Positions 37,865 to 49,940 of a stretch of DNA of 63,808 nt are shown here, in pieces. The position numbers and the translations under genes were made by a program. The notes under the pieces are model-generated. The model worked only from the letters and a program-made list of their open reading frames with translations, did no database searches and was not told the DNA's origin. Every line of letters starts with the position of its first letter. Position 1 is the first letter of the stretch. The stretch spans positions 17,582,553 to 17,646,360 of the forward strand of contig JARDVH010000099.1 of assembly GCA_030324005.1 (NCBI GenBank). Reading direction: 5' to 3'. This stretch comes from Negaprion brevirostris. Lineage: Eukaryota.

Positions 37865-38260
37865 ACCAGTTGCATATCACCTGTGCCTTATCCAGCTCAT
37901 AACACATTGAAAATCCACAAATTACATTGGCCTACAACTGTTCCTTTCAGCCTCTCAAACCTGATCCACCAATCAACTAAAGTGTGGCCAATCTGTATCT
38001 CATAATCCATCTTTGCATCTTTTTCCCATAACTCTCCAATATCTCTGCTCAACAAAGAGATCTCAGTTTTGATGTTCAAACTGACCTAGTCTCAGAAGCT
38101 TTTTGAGGGAGAGAGTTCCAGATTCCCATGAAGTGCTTTCTGACATTGTAATTGAATGGCCCAGGTTATGGTTATTTTAAGGTTATGTTTGTTCTGAGCT
38201 CAAGAGGAGCTCCATTTTCTCTCCATCTGACCTTTCAAATTCTCTGAGAATCTTAAACAT
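37865..38260 (-). mobile_element. Degenerate CR1-type LINE 3' fragment
   Basis: Antisense GGGAGAGAGTTCCAGATT...GAAGTGCTTTCTGACAT. Confidence 0.55.
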
Positions 38261-39234
38261 TTTAAATGCCTTACCCATGATGGGACATACTTCAGCACCA
38301 ATGCATTTGCCACTGTACAACACCCAGCACCCATGCATTACAATTTCAAATAAACCCCAGCCCTTGCAATTCTCTCTGCGGGACAGATTACAGCCTGTGC
38401 ATTAATTTCTGTATAACACACCCAAGCCTGCATGCCATCTTCTGTATATAATTCCCAACTCTATGTTATACTGTGTAACCCTCTGCTAAATATACCCAGC
38501 CTCTGCAATGCCCTCAGTGTAATACATACTGGACAATTGTCTTCTCTGAGAAACATGATTCTCATATTTGGTACACTCACATTAATGCTTTCCAGTTTGT
38601 GTGCTGTTGTCTGTGCAGGCTACATTGAGTTGCAAATTCACTCAACATTTTATCCTCGATGCAACGTACTTAAAGGAAGTTATTTCTTTCCAATGCCTCA
38701 TTTTTTTGTGACTGTTCTTCTCTTTCTCCCATTCTTTCTCTCAACCAGCTATTCTACAATAAGAAGGGCAAAACGACAACATTCTTTCAAGCCTCTGCCA
38801 TTTCAATATTTCAGCTAACAACAAGGAAGATACCCAAAAGAAATCTGAAGTGATGCTGTCTTTCTTGGGAAGTGACTTGCATTTATTTTTACTCCCTCAT
38901 TCCACTCATCCATCAGAGATTGGGATCTTATAACATAGGGGACTGCCTATCACTGCAATAGGCAATCCATTCAAGCACTAACGAGTGCCCTAAATGGGCT
39001 GCCTCCCCATTACTCTTTTCAATGCACACCATCTTTCGTTTGTGTTACTGTACTTGTCAGCTACTGTTCACATTCGTGTTTTTCACCTTGCTAGCAGAAT
39101 ATTTTTATTTGGACTGGGATCATCCCTCCCCATTCACAGGGAGAGAAGGTGCAGAAAGATGATATATTGTTTAGTCGTGATATTTTCAATCCTGCACACA
39201 TTTCCATTGGAATGCCCTCCTTTACATCACATTA

Positions 39235-39240
39235 TTTATT
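39235..39240 (-). terminator. Candidate polyadenylation signal (AATAAA) for VSX1
   Basis: TTTATT on + about 230 nt past the stop; another at 39104-39109; motif only. Confidence 0.3.
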
Positions 39241-39469
39241 AAGAGTAAACTACAACACTATTTGTAGGTCATTGATTTAATGACCAATAAACCAGTAGCA
39301 GCTCAATGGCAGAGGTAAATTAATTGGCCTCCTCTTTAACTCTGACCAACCATGTATTTTCACCACTGTAAGGAGCCTGATTTAAAATGAGAAGAATGCA
39401 GTTCCTCAGTGGGGAGACTATTCCCCAACCCTGGGCATCTTCTATTCAGACAGTAGCATTGTGACTATT

Positions 39470-39735
39470 TTAATTTTTCTTCAGTCCTCTCTGTCTGATT
39501 TCCACATTGGACCGCCTTGAAATGCATTGCTTTGAACTGTTGTCCTTGCTCAAGGGTTTTTCTGTGCTGGAGAGGTCCAAGGCCATATTGTCTTCTTCAG
39601 CTGTGGTGGTTATGGGCACCCGGTCTGTGCCATCCTTAGTCTGCGATGACTCAACGATGCTGTCCACATATTCTTCTCCTGTAGTAGCTTCACTTTTAGT
39701 TTTTGATGTTGGATCAACAGATTTTTTATGCATGC
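39470..39735 (-). CDS. VSX1: VSX1 coding exon 5 (end of CVC domain, RV-like ALDLSS motif, stop)
   Basis: (G)MHKKS completes the CVC domain; EDNMALDLSS resembles the VSX1 RV motif and no OAR is seen, so not VSX2; TAA at 39472-39470. Total CDS is 1005 nt in frame. The acceptor reads CG, not AG (see findings). Confidence 0.88.
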
Positions 39736-39949
39736 CGAGGTTTTAAATAGAGGGTGGTTAGTGATGATCAACTCCCTCAATCACTCTATTTCAATCAATT
39801 TCTTTCTTTCCCTGCATTCCTTTTTACTGGTAGATATTATAACAATTCACACAGTAGACCTCTTACTAAATGGCTGTACAATTACAGAACGAGGCTTTTT
39901 GGCCTTTGAACAGCTATTATTTAAAGAATTATCCAATTAGTCCCAATCT

Positions 39950-41065
39950 CACTTTTCAATATGCTTCCACACAAGAGATTAGTAACTAAAGTTACAGTGC
40001 ACAGTATTGGGGATAATATGCTGGTATGAATTGAAAATTGGTTAATGGACAGAAAACAGAGTAAGAATAAATTGGTCATTCTCAAATTGGCAGGCTATGA
40101 TTGGTGGGGTACTACAAGAATCAGTGCTAGGATTCAAGCTATTCGCAAACTATTTCAATGATTTGGATTAGGGATGAAACATAATATTTCCAAGTTTGCT
40201 GGTAACACAAAACTTGATGAGAATGTAAGTTGTGAGGAGGATGCAAGGAGGCTTCAAGGAAATTTAGACAGACTAAGTGAGTGGGCAAGTGCAGGATAGA
40301 TGGAATATAATATGGAAAAATGTGAAGTTATCCATTTGGTAGGAAAAATACCCAGTATGTTTTAAATAATGAAAGATTGGGAGGTGCTGATGTCCAAAGA
40401 GACCTAGATGTCCTTGTTAATGAGTCACTGAAAGCTAACATGCAGATACAGCAAGCAATTAGGAAGGTAAAGGATACATTGGCCTTTATAAAAGAGGATT
40501 TGAATAAAGATGTCTTGCTGCATATATATGGAACCTTGGTAAGACGGCACCTGGAGTATTGCATACAGTTTTGGTCTCTTTACCTAAGAAAGGATATACT
40601 TGCCATAAAGGGAATGCAATGAAGGTTCACCAGACTGAACCCTGGGATGGTAAGATTGTCTTATGAGGATGGACTGAGGAGACTGGCCCTGTATTCTCCA
40701 GCATTGACTTTAGAAGGATGAGAAATGATCTCGTTGAGGCATTCATAATTCATACAGGGCAGATACAAGAAGGATGTTTCCCTTGGGGAGTGGTCTAGAA
40801 GCACAGAACACAGTCTCCAAATATTTAGGACTGAGCTGAGGAACAATTTCTCCACTGTGTGGTGAATCTTTGGAATTCTCTATCCCAGGGTGCTCAATCA
40901 TTGAGTTTATTCCAAACAGAGTCGATAGATTTCTAGATATTAAAGACATTGAGGGAGATGGGGATATTGCAGGAAAATGGTGTTGAAATAGAAGATCAGC
41001 CATGCTCTAATTAAAATTTGGAGCCAGCTGGAGAATGACCTATCCCTGATCCTATTTCCTATGCT
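39950..41065 (+). mobile_element. CR1-type LINE 3' 1.1 kb in VSX1 intron 4 (antisense to gene)
   Basis: QRDLDVLVNESLKANMQIQQAIRKV...LVRRHLEYCIQFWSLYLRKDILAIKGMQ; CR1 tail. Confidence 0.9.
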
Positions 41066-41722
41066 CCCTCTTTATTCCACACAACTCTGCAAAAAGTGAA
41101 GATCCAAATAAAACCTGAAAACCACACAGAGCAAATTCACAGCTGAAAGCTAAATTCTCCCTTTAGGATTTCAGAAACTGTTTAAAATAAACGCACTGTC
41201 GGAAGGGCTGTGTAATAATGATGTTTCATCACTTCACTGATTGACATGGTTCAGGAACTTCCTCATTTAGTGTGCTGGACAAAGAATTTGGATCGCAACA
41301 CCTTAAACATGTACATTGCAATCCATTTTTTAAATAAAACCAGAATTTGCAGTTCACCTGGGGTGGGGGAGGATAAAGAATGGCTGAAACAATTTATTAT
41401 CACCATTTGTGCACTCAACAATAACCTTCAGCAAAGACTATTTATTTGGCAGTTGGAGAGAGCTTGTACAAAGTCCAGCAAATTGTGTTAGTTGCTGCCA
41501 TTTAAAAAAGTAACTGAATAAAAATGGGGACGAATGAGTCTTGGCATGTAGCACCAAGCAGACATTAGCAAATTGGCAATCCCTTTTTACACCACACTCC
41601 ATTTTCTTTTCTAGGATGTGAAACAGGCTGATGATTTGCTTTCCCTAGTTGGTGATATAGCCTGATTTTGAGTGTCTGTCCCTCCTATCTCCCCGTCCCA
41701 CCAATAATCTTCCACTGCTTAC

Positions 41723-41903
41723 CAAGCAACCAGGGGGCACAAGATCCTACCAAACCGTTTTTGCCAGAGTTGAGTATGGATTCAGGCAGTGGGATGGAGT
41801 GCCTGACCATGGCACCATACAGTCCATATTCTGCCATCACGCTGCTCCTGCCCCAGCATTTCTCCCGCTTCCTCCATTTTGCTCTTCGGTTCTGAAACCA
41901 GAC
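41723..41903 (-). CDS. VSX1: VSX1 coding exon 4 (homeodomain helix 3 and CVC domain)
   Basis: tttag|GTC TGG TTT CAG AAC gives [61 protein letters not shown]|gtaagc; 181 nt. Confidence 0.97.
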
Positions 41904-42454
41904 CTAAAGGGACATGAAATGGACAATTATCTACAAACTTTAAACATCCAGCATTGTGAGTGGATATAGTAGTATCCAACATACGACTGCATGTTGTAAG
42001 CAGCTCTCCATGGAGCAAGGGCCTTCAGTCAATTATGCCAAGTAGATAATCCTATTTGGCCTCCTCTGAAGTCTCCCCACCATTACAGATACCAGTGTCA
42101 AGCTATTCTGGTTCACTCTGTGTAATGTTAAGTAGCTGACTCCATTGGACACAGCAAAGCAATCAGCCGTAGCTTAGTGATGATGACCCATGATATCCAA
42201 AAGTGCCATTGAAGTGTAATTCTAGTTGTAATGTTGGAAAGGGTTTTATTTTAATTCTCTCATGGAATGTGGGTGCCTTTGTTGCCCACCACTGAGTGCC
42301 CCTGAGGTGGTAGTGAGCTTGACCAGCAGGTTTGTGCCCATCAAGATTCACAGCAAGGGATAGGGCCTAGCTGGGATGCTCTTTCAGAGAGTTGGTGTAG
42401 ACTTGATGGGCTGAATAGCCTTCTTCTGTACTGCAGAGATTATATAATTCTGTG

Positions 42455-42770
42455 ACAAGATTCCACAAACAGCAATGTGATAATAATCAGATAATCTGTT
42501 CCGCATGCTTGTTGATGGATAAATTTGGCTCAGGACTCCCTGCTCTTTTAAAATAATGCTGTGGGATCTTTTACATCTATCCTAAAGGGACAGATGGAGC
42601 CTCAATTTAAAATCTCATCTAAGAAATGATACCACCATCAGTGTGGCACTTGGTCAAGCTCCGAGGTGAAAACTTAGTTTTCATGCTCACATCCACGGAG
42701 TAGGTCTTCAACCCACAACATTCAGACACAGAAGCGAGAGAGCGACCAAAGGAGACACCCAAACACAGCT
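42455..42770 (-). mobile_element. DeuSINE (SacSINE1-like)
   Basis: Antisense TGCTGTGGGATCTTTTACATC core. Confidence 0.65.
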
Positions 42771-42942
42771 AACAGGCTCATTAGTGAGGACGAGAATTTT
42801 GTTATCATTCCAATTTCCACTATGGACCTCAAGTGATTAGCTTCAAGCAGTCACATCCAACTGGGTCATACCTGAAATGTATCTGGGAAGTTCCAGTCAT
42901 CCCATTTCTAAATGGTTGGTGATGACCTGCCAGTGAGTTTAC

Positions 42943-43066
42943 CTGTATTCGATCTTCAGCGAGCTCTGTCTTCATCGCCAACATTTCTCTGGCATAGACA
43001 TCTGGATAATGAGCCTCGTTAAACGATTTCTCCAATTCCTCCAGCTGGTGAGCTGTGAACACTGTC
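42943..43066 (-). CDS. VSX1: VSX1 coding exon 3 (homeodomain helices 1-2)
   Basis: cag|G ACA GTG TTC gives [41 protein letters not shown]|gtaaac; 124 nt. Confidence 0.97.
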
Positions 43067-43207
43067 CTGTGGCGATCAGACATATTGGTCACACACAACA
43101 AGGAAAGAAAAACAGAAAGGATGAAATTTTGCCTTTCAACAGCACCTTTCCAAACCTCTGGATTTTCCAAAGCACTTTACAGCTGACTAAATACTTTTGA
43201 AGTGTCA

Positions 43208-43452
43208 CCGTGGGGATCGGATTAGTTCAGTTAGCTGGATGCCTAGTTAGTAATGTAGGGAGATGCCAACAACATGGGTTCAATTCTCATACTGGCTATT
43301 CAGGATCTTCCTCAATCTTGTCCATCACCTGAAGTGTGGTGATCCTCAGATTAATTTACCATCAGTCAGGGGAGCTAGCATACGCTCCATAGGCTGCCAT
43401 CCCCTCAAAGGGGAGAGCAGCCTATGGTCATCTGGGACTATGGAGACTTTAC
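43208..43452 (+). mobile_element. tRNA-derived SINE (third family)
   Basis: TAGTTCAGTTAGCTGG A-box-like and GGTTCAATTC B box; tail CTGGGACTATGGAGACTTTACC. Confidence 0.55.
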
Positions 43453-44504
43453 CTCTTAAGGGTCAGGTGTTAGCCATTCAGCCCCTAGAGTCTGCTCCAC
43501 CATTTACCTAGATCATGATTGCTATGTGTTTCAACATCATTTCCACATCCCTCGATATCCTTATCTAATAAGAATACCCATACACATATTCTACATCACA
43601 ACTCATTCAAAGTACATTGGTGTAAGGGATAAAACTGGCCTTGGGTAAAAGTATCAAACAGGCCACAGTGAATCTGCCCCATTGAAATCAGCAGTGAAAA
43701 AGAATATGGAGTGCTGCTTGAAACATGCTGCCAACTAGCCACTGCCCATTTTGTACTGTCCTTTAAGTATGATTCCACCTCCCTTTCAAATCCCTATCAA
43801 AAGTCAGTTTATAAGAAACCGAATACAGTCCAAGTACCAGACAATGCAATGTACCATTTGTCACAGCAGCGGAGTGGCATTGCTTTTATATGCTACTGAG
43901 CTGGGCATGTTGCCCTCTTCGCCTAGCAACACCATGTTAGCCCTCAACTCTAATAATGAGCAATGTAAAAGTCAGTCACATTAAACTGCTTTGCCATAGC
44001 CTTTTTGTTTCACATTGCTATATATAGGTAATCAAAATGGCAGCATTCTCAAAGGTAACAATTACCTTTAATTATTGGCCATTTCAACTTGCTTTATTAT
44101 AAATGTAAACATATAATATCTCAACATTGGAAGACTTCTGAACTTTTTAACGCTCAATACCTGGTAAGAGAAGTCAGCAGTGTTTTAATTTTAACTCTTG
44201 CTGGCAGTCTAAACCTAAAAGACACAACCAGCAGCGACCAGTTAACTATAAACTACCAACCTATTAAAACAATTCAAAACTCTGTAATGAGGGGATATTT
44301 CTTCAATTATCTTCCCTTTCACACCGCTCTTCCTTGTCTCTCCCTGCTCTCATATAAGCTCCCTCTCCAGTTAACACTGATTCTGAATGATGCCCCTGTA
44401 TATGACTGCAACCATTGCACAGCCCTGACACCAATAACATGTATGTGAACGGTTATTGTCAGTACAGTTTTGGAGGTTCCATAACTCCACACCTGAACCC
44501 TGTA

Positions 44505-44805
44505 ATAAAAACAAAAGAGCTGGAAATACTCTGCAGCTCGGGCAGCATTTGTAGAGAAGAAAATAGTTAATGGCTTTTCTTTCAGACTTTCAGCATCCGC
44601 AGCTTTCTGCTTTCCCACTTGAACCCTGGAGTTGGTTTTGGACTTTCCATGCTCACTGTTTTACTGACGTATTCTGATGCATTGGTTGCCAGATATGGCC
44701 AATCCAAGAATGGTCTCTGAACAGGAGGCATACAAACTGGAAACATTAACTCTGTTTTTCTCTCCACAGGTGCTACGTTTTTCCAGATTTTTTGTTTTTT
44801 TAATT
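44505..44805. mobile_element. Inverted pair of degenerate Penelope-like terminal fragments
   Basis: GCTGGAAATACTC...GCAGCATTTGTAGAGA (minus) and GAAACATTAACTCTGTTTTTCTCTCCACAG (plus). Confidence 0.5.
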
Positions 44806-45652
44806 TAAGAATCAGCTCATCTGCCTTTTGCCAAGCATTTTCCTCTATCAGGGGTCAGACTCCCTCCTTAGGCCACCCGATATCTTTGGCACCTTCTGGA
44901 GAAGGGGACGGGTCGGTGCCTGGTACACTGTGCCTTTAACCAGTCACAGTGGCACTGTCCATGGCCATTATAGTAACAGGTTATATCAGTCGACCTGGTA
45001 TATATAGAACTGAATCATTGGCCAAACCCAGTGTGCCCAGGAATAGATTTAATTAAATACCATGACACAGTGAGCCTAATTGTTTTTAAATTACCCTATA
45101 TAAGATTATAGGATTCTTAAACTGGTTGAGATCACATTCCATGGTTCTGTTCATTGGACAGAAAGTGGGAAGTGGATCGAATACCAGTCCCAGCCATTAT
45201 CAGAAACCAGGGAATCTAACCCTGGCACCTCTTCAGTCTGTGTGACATTCCGATTTCACCATTAACCCTGAATCAGGGAACTTCCTTGATAAAATTATAG
45301 GAGGCCATTTGGCCCAACATGCCTGTGCCGGCACTTTGACCCCAATTCCAGGCAAAATATAATCTCAAAAAAGAGAAGACGCCAACTCCAACAGCCGTCT
45401 CCATTGCACCTCAGCGCCATCTCCAGTTTACTCAATATTTTCAGCAGAGACCATGCTACTCATAATAAAAACAGAAAGCGCTGGAAAAACTCTGTTGGTC
45501 TGACAGCAGCTGTGAAAAGAGAAACAGAGTTAACAAGTCCAACATGACTTCCTGCGGAGTTAAAGAGGGAGAGAGAGATGTGTGTCAGAGTGGGTGGAGC
45601 AGCTAGAGTGGGGTAAAAGGTCAGTGCTAGGTGGGAGCTAAGAGACACCTAC

Positions 45653-45734
45653 CTGTGTCGCCTTTTCTTCCTCTTCACCTGTGAGGCTGCTGAATTATTC
45701 AGGTCGCTGCGGTCACATGACGTGTTCTCATCAT
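45653..45734 (-). CDS. VSX1: VSX1 coding exon 2 (NLS, start of homeodomain)
   Basis: aatcag|AT GAT GAG...AAG AGG AAG AAA AGG CGA CAC AG|gtaggt gives DDENTSCDRSDLNNSAASQVKRKKRRHR; 82 nt, phases fit exons 1 and 3. Confidence 0.93.
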
Positions 45735-47220
45735 CTGATTGAAGGGATTAGATCACCGTTACCAAAGCAGCCAGCAAGAACAAAATCCCCAAATATTGGA
45801 GTTGGTAGTCAGCAGAGTTGAGTTATCATGGACAGGGATATGGGGGTTATGTTAGATATGGAAAGCTTCCCACGTCTAGAGGCGCAACAGCCAATTTGAT
45901 TTTGCCCATTGGCATGTTGCAAGCTGGTCATTTGACCACATCTGTCCAGTGGGACTGGAAGCTGGAGCTTCTGGCTGAGAGACAGGGACCCACTGCCCCA
46001 TAAGACCTCCTTGTCAATTCAAAAATCATCCATTCAACTCCCGCCCAGGCACTTTGAGAATTTGAATTGTGTTCAAAAAGGAAAAATTGTTCTTGGTAAA
46101 AGTGACCACGAAACTGTCCACTTGTTACAAAAGCCCCAACTGGGTGATTAATGAGAGGGGAGCGCCTGATGTTTTACCAATTCTGACCCTGTATGGGACC
46201 CCAGTTTTTTTAACAGCACTCTGAAAGTGGTCGAACAAGCCGCTCACGCCAACTAGGAGTGGGCAATAAATGACCCCTAAAATTGATTTAAAAAATAAAA
46301 GATGTCAAATGTGAATACTCTTCTATCGAAAGTTTTGTACTCACACTTCATTCGATCAGATGGACTATTTAATTAACCTGTCTGCAGCTGCTGTTTTCAC
46401 CACCAGGAACAAGCTGCAGGGACCAGATTTGTTGGGTGCTGCACTGTTTAAACAGCAAGTCAAACTCTCTCCCAGAGAAGGTACAACAGATCCCTTTGCA
46501 GCGTTCCAGCTCAGGTACGGGTGGCATACAAGCCGGGATAATACTTAGGTTAACTGATCCAAAACCCTCCACTCAAATAAACAGCGGGGCCACTCGCAAT
46601 TGAAACATTTCCCTTCACAGCTACAACATCAACCCCATCTCCCCTCCCCCGCTCCCATACACACACACACTCTGTCTTATGTATGCCTTCAACATTTTAA
46701 AATCACGACTTGCCTTCAACTTCTCATTCAAGATTTCACTATCTGAACATGAATCTAGTTTGCCAACTTCTGATTATAAAACCTAGCTGCAGATTGCAAA
46801 TCTCCACTTCAGCACAAAAATTTTCAGACATAGAAAAGAAATCATTAAAAATAATCGGTGGCATAGTTATCGCTTTGCAGTAACTAGAAACGACAAACAA
46901 ATATATATGCTTGTAAACCGGCATTAATCCACATGAACCATCACCACCTTCCGCCTCGTTTCCCCTTCCATTCAAAGTCAGTTTGTTACCAGAACTGCCT
47001 GCTCCGTTACAGATTGTTTTTAATTATAGAATAAAATCCAACAATAATTCATTTAACGGCAAAAACTCTCAATGCCCCAATCTGAAGATTACTCCCAATT
47101 ACACAGACCTCCAGAGTTCCTCCGAAGTGGAGGGAATGAAGGAGAGTGTGAGAAGAGGGAGCAGAACAACTCCAAACGCACAGAGTGAAAGGATATTTAG
47201 ACAACCGCAGAAAACACACA

Positions 47221-47332
47221 TTAGAAAGCGTTGGAGATGGGGATGAGTCCAGGAATGGGACCCAGAAATTCTCATGTTTATTTGTGAATTTACTTAGCCT
47301 TTATTTAGCCCGGTGAGTCCATTGAGAACCAA
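47221..47332 (+). repeat. 112-bp direct repeat, copy 1 (VSX1 intron 1)
   Basis: Near-identical to 48389-48500 (5 differences counted). Confidence 0.95.
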
Positions 47333-47854
47333 TTTTCATTTACAACAACAACCTGACCGAGAGGTTTATGCCGCCGCAACAGAAATTACACAACATTTAA
47401 ATACTACAAACTATCCAATACAAATTAGCAGTGAAAGAGAATTGACTGTTCAGCAAATCCGAGTATTAGCCAACAGAGCCCTAACCCTTTGGGGAAAGGA
47501 TCCTCAGTAAAATTAGATAACTTCAGCTTTAGTTGTACCTCATTCTAGACACTGGCAGCTGCAAACTGAAATTAATTACGATCAAAGACTGTGCTCACTC
47601 TTGGAGTGATCGATTTGATCGCGTCATTTGATGACAGATCACAAGATGAGACAGTACAATGAAACAACTTTCTGCAATAGGCAGGTGTTTTTCCCCAGCA
47701 AGGTTGTATAAATGAACAGAAGCCAGTGGAGTTGGCGGCAAGGGTGCACGAGGGACAATTAACCAGAGAGTTCAGGTGAAGAACTTTATCAGGAAGCATC
47801 CCGGGAACATGGAGTTGACCTCCCTTATACATCCAACTCTGTGCCTACTAGGGT

Positions 47855-47888
47855 TTGTGTGCATGTGTGTGTGTGTGTGCGTGCGTGC
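47855..47888. repeat. (GT)n microsatellite
   Basis: GTGTGCATGTGTGTGTGTGTGTGCGTGCGTG. Confidence 0.85.
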
Positions 47889-48388
47889 TTCCACATCAGG
47901 TTTTCATTTTCACTGAAGAATCCCCACAACTAATAGAATGGTTCCAAAATCCAATTCCAATTTACCGTTCCTGAACCTTCAAAAGCAGTCGGCCGTCAAC
48001 CATAGTCCTTTGTGGGGGATTATGCATTGCACACAGATTGTGTAATTAAATACTATATTTCTTTCAGATTTCCAATTTACAAATATCTGATTCATAAAAT
48101 ATGCTACTGTAACGATCACTAATGTAATTTGTTTCAGGATAGATATTGGCTAGTTGTATATCTAACTAATCTCTGTACCTGGCTCTGCCTTCCAAATGGT
48201 CTCGTAAACAAGTTGCTGAGAAAAAAAACCTCATGCTCTCTGTCCAAACTCTTCTCAACTTCCCGCCTTTGTTTCAAACGTTTCCCATATTTTACAAAAA
48301 CTGCAAATATGTATTTGATTTCTAGAGAGAATTTGGATCCAGATGTGTCAGGACAGGTCTGTCTGGGAAGGATACAGAAACTGGGAAA

Positions 48389-48500
48389 TTAGAAAGCGTT
48401 GGAGATGGGGATGAATGCAGGAATGGGACCCAGAAATTCTCATGTTTATTTGTGAATTTACTTTGCCTTTATTTAGCCCGGTGAGTCCACTGAAAACCAA
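48389..48500 (+). repeat. 112-bp direct repeat, copy 2 (VSX1 intron 1)
   Basis: Near-identical to 47221-47332. Confidence 0.95.
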
Positions 48501-48845
48501 AACTTGCCTTTCACCGCATCAAGACATTCCCGAAGCGCTTTACACAGCCAATGCAGTGTTTTAGAAATACCGTTCTCATAATGCAGGGAAACGGGCACAG
48601 CAAGATTCCAGCAATGCGATAGAAAGGCCAGACAGTGGAGATGCTGGATGGTGGGTAAATATTGACTCAGGAGCGGGAGAATTCGCGTGGCATCTTGTAC
48701 ATTCTGCCCAGAGTGCGGGTGAGGTCCCAGGTTAACGTTTCAGCTGAAAATAGGGCACGCCCTCGCCTGGGACGGTGCAGCACCCCCTCAGTCCTGCAGT
48801 AAGACCCGAATCTACAACCTTGGGAGCTGAGGGGGCCAGCCGCTT
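48501..48845 (-). mobile_element. DeuSINE-like element, diverged
   Basis: CCCGAAGCGCTTTACA-CAGCCAATG...GGTGCAGCACCCCCTCAGT. Confidence 0.55.
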
Positions 48846-49149
48846 AGCCCCATTTCTGAGTTACTTTTTTTAATGAAGAAATTGCGGGAGGGTCAAGGGA
48901 CTTGCATTCACACACGTGTGAGGAGGGCAGAGGGGCATCGGGTCTGGGAGGATAGCGAGTGAGTAGGAGGGAGATAAAGGAGGATAGAGAGTGAGTGTGA
49001 GGGAGGGTCAAGAGACTTGCATCCACACACAGACCGATATAAGGGGATAAAGGAGAATAGAGAGTGAGGGTTAGTGAGTGTGTGATGGAGGTAAAAGGGG
49101 TTAGAGAGTGGGAGGGAGGGCTAAATTGGGCTGCACACAGAGTGCTATT

Positions 49150-49424
49150 CACGGTGGCCCAATGGTTAGCACTGCTGCCTCACAACGCCAGGGACTCGGG
49201 TTTGATTCCAGACTTGGGGCACTGTCTGCGCACCGTATGCACGTTCTCCCCGTGTCTGCGTGGGTTTCCTCCCACAGTCCGAAAGACCTGCTGCTTAGGT
49301 GCATTGGTCATGCTAAATTCCCCCTCAGTGTACCCGAACAGGCGTCGGAATGTGGCGATCAGGGGATTTTCACAGTAACTTCACTATAGTATTAACGTAA
49401 GCCTACTTGTGACACCAATAAATA
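49150..49424 (+). mobile_element. V-SINE-like element with type B tail, full length
   Basis: CACGGTGGCCCAATGGTTAGCACTGCTGCCTCAC head to GCCTACTTGTGACACCAATAAATAA. Confidence 0.88.
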
Positions 49425-49439
49425 AGTGTTAAACTTTAC

Positions 49440-49791
49440 CGGAGTTGTGCAGTGCCTGGTAGTTGTCGAGCAAGGTAACTCTCCGGAGTAGCGGCATGTG
49501 CAGGGCGGCCGGTCGGCCATGTAGCTCGGACAGCACATCCAGGAAAGCGGGTCCGGGCGGCTGGAAGGCGCTGAGTGGGCGGCTGCAGAGCAGCCCCAGT
49601 CGGGCGGTGAGGAGGGGCAGCCCTTCCCTGGGGGCTGGGGGAGGTGGCTCGGCGCCGCTGTCCAGTCCCAGCAGGTCAGTGATGGCGAAGCCTCTGGAGC
49701 GGCTGCTCTTCTCCAACTCCTTGGCTGCAGAGAGGAAATCCCCCAAAAGCGGTTTGCACTCAGCCTCGCAGCTGCCCTCCCTCCCGGACAT
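49440..49791 (-). CDS. VSX1: VSX1 coding exon 1 (start codon, eh1/octapeptide)
   Basis: ATG at 49791; MSGREGSC...RGFAITDLLGLD carries the VSX1-type FAITDLLG octapeptide; 352 nt ending in phase 1 at donor G|gtaaag. Confidence 0.93.
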
Positions 49792-49799
49792 ATCGCTGA

Positions 49800-49940
49800 G
49801 ATTTCCTGACTCTCTCTCTGTCTCTCGGCCCCCTTAATGATAATGGTCTGAGCAGGAGTCCGGCTGTCAATTGCACAGGGCTTTTCTAGCTGCTTCCCAA
49901 CTCAGTAGGACGCTATTTGGGTCCAATCAGAGAGCGGCCA
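49800..49940 (-). promoter_or_regulatory. Probable VSX1 5'UTR/proximal promoter
   Basis: Directly upstream of the ATG, GC-rich, CCAAT box (GTCCAATCAG 49921-49930) and TAAT motifs; TSS not determinable. Confidence 0.4.

Noticed and set aside
39470-49791. Assignment as VSX2/CHX10
   Set aside because: FAITDLLG octapeptide, [12 protein letters not shown]-like ALDLSS, no OAR motif and ACSS1 linkage all point to VSX1
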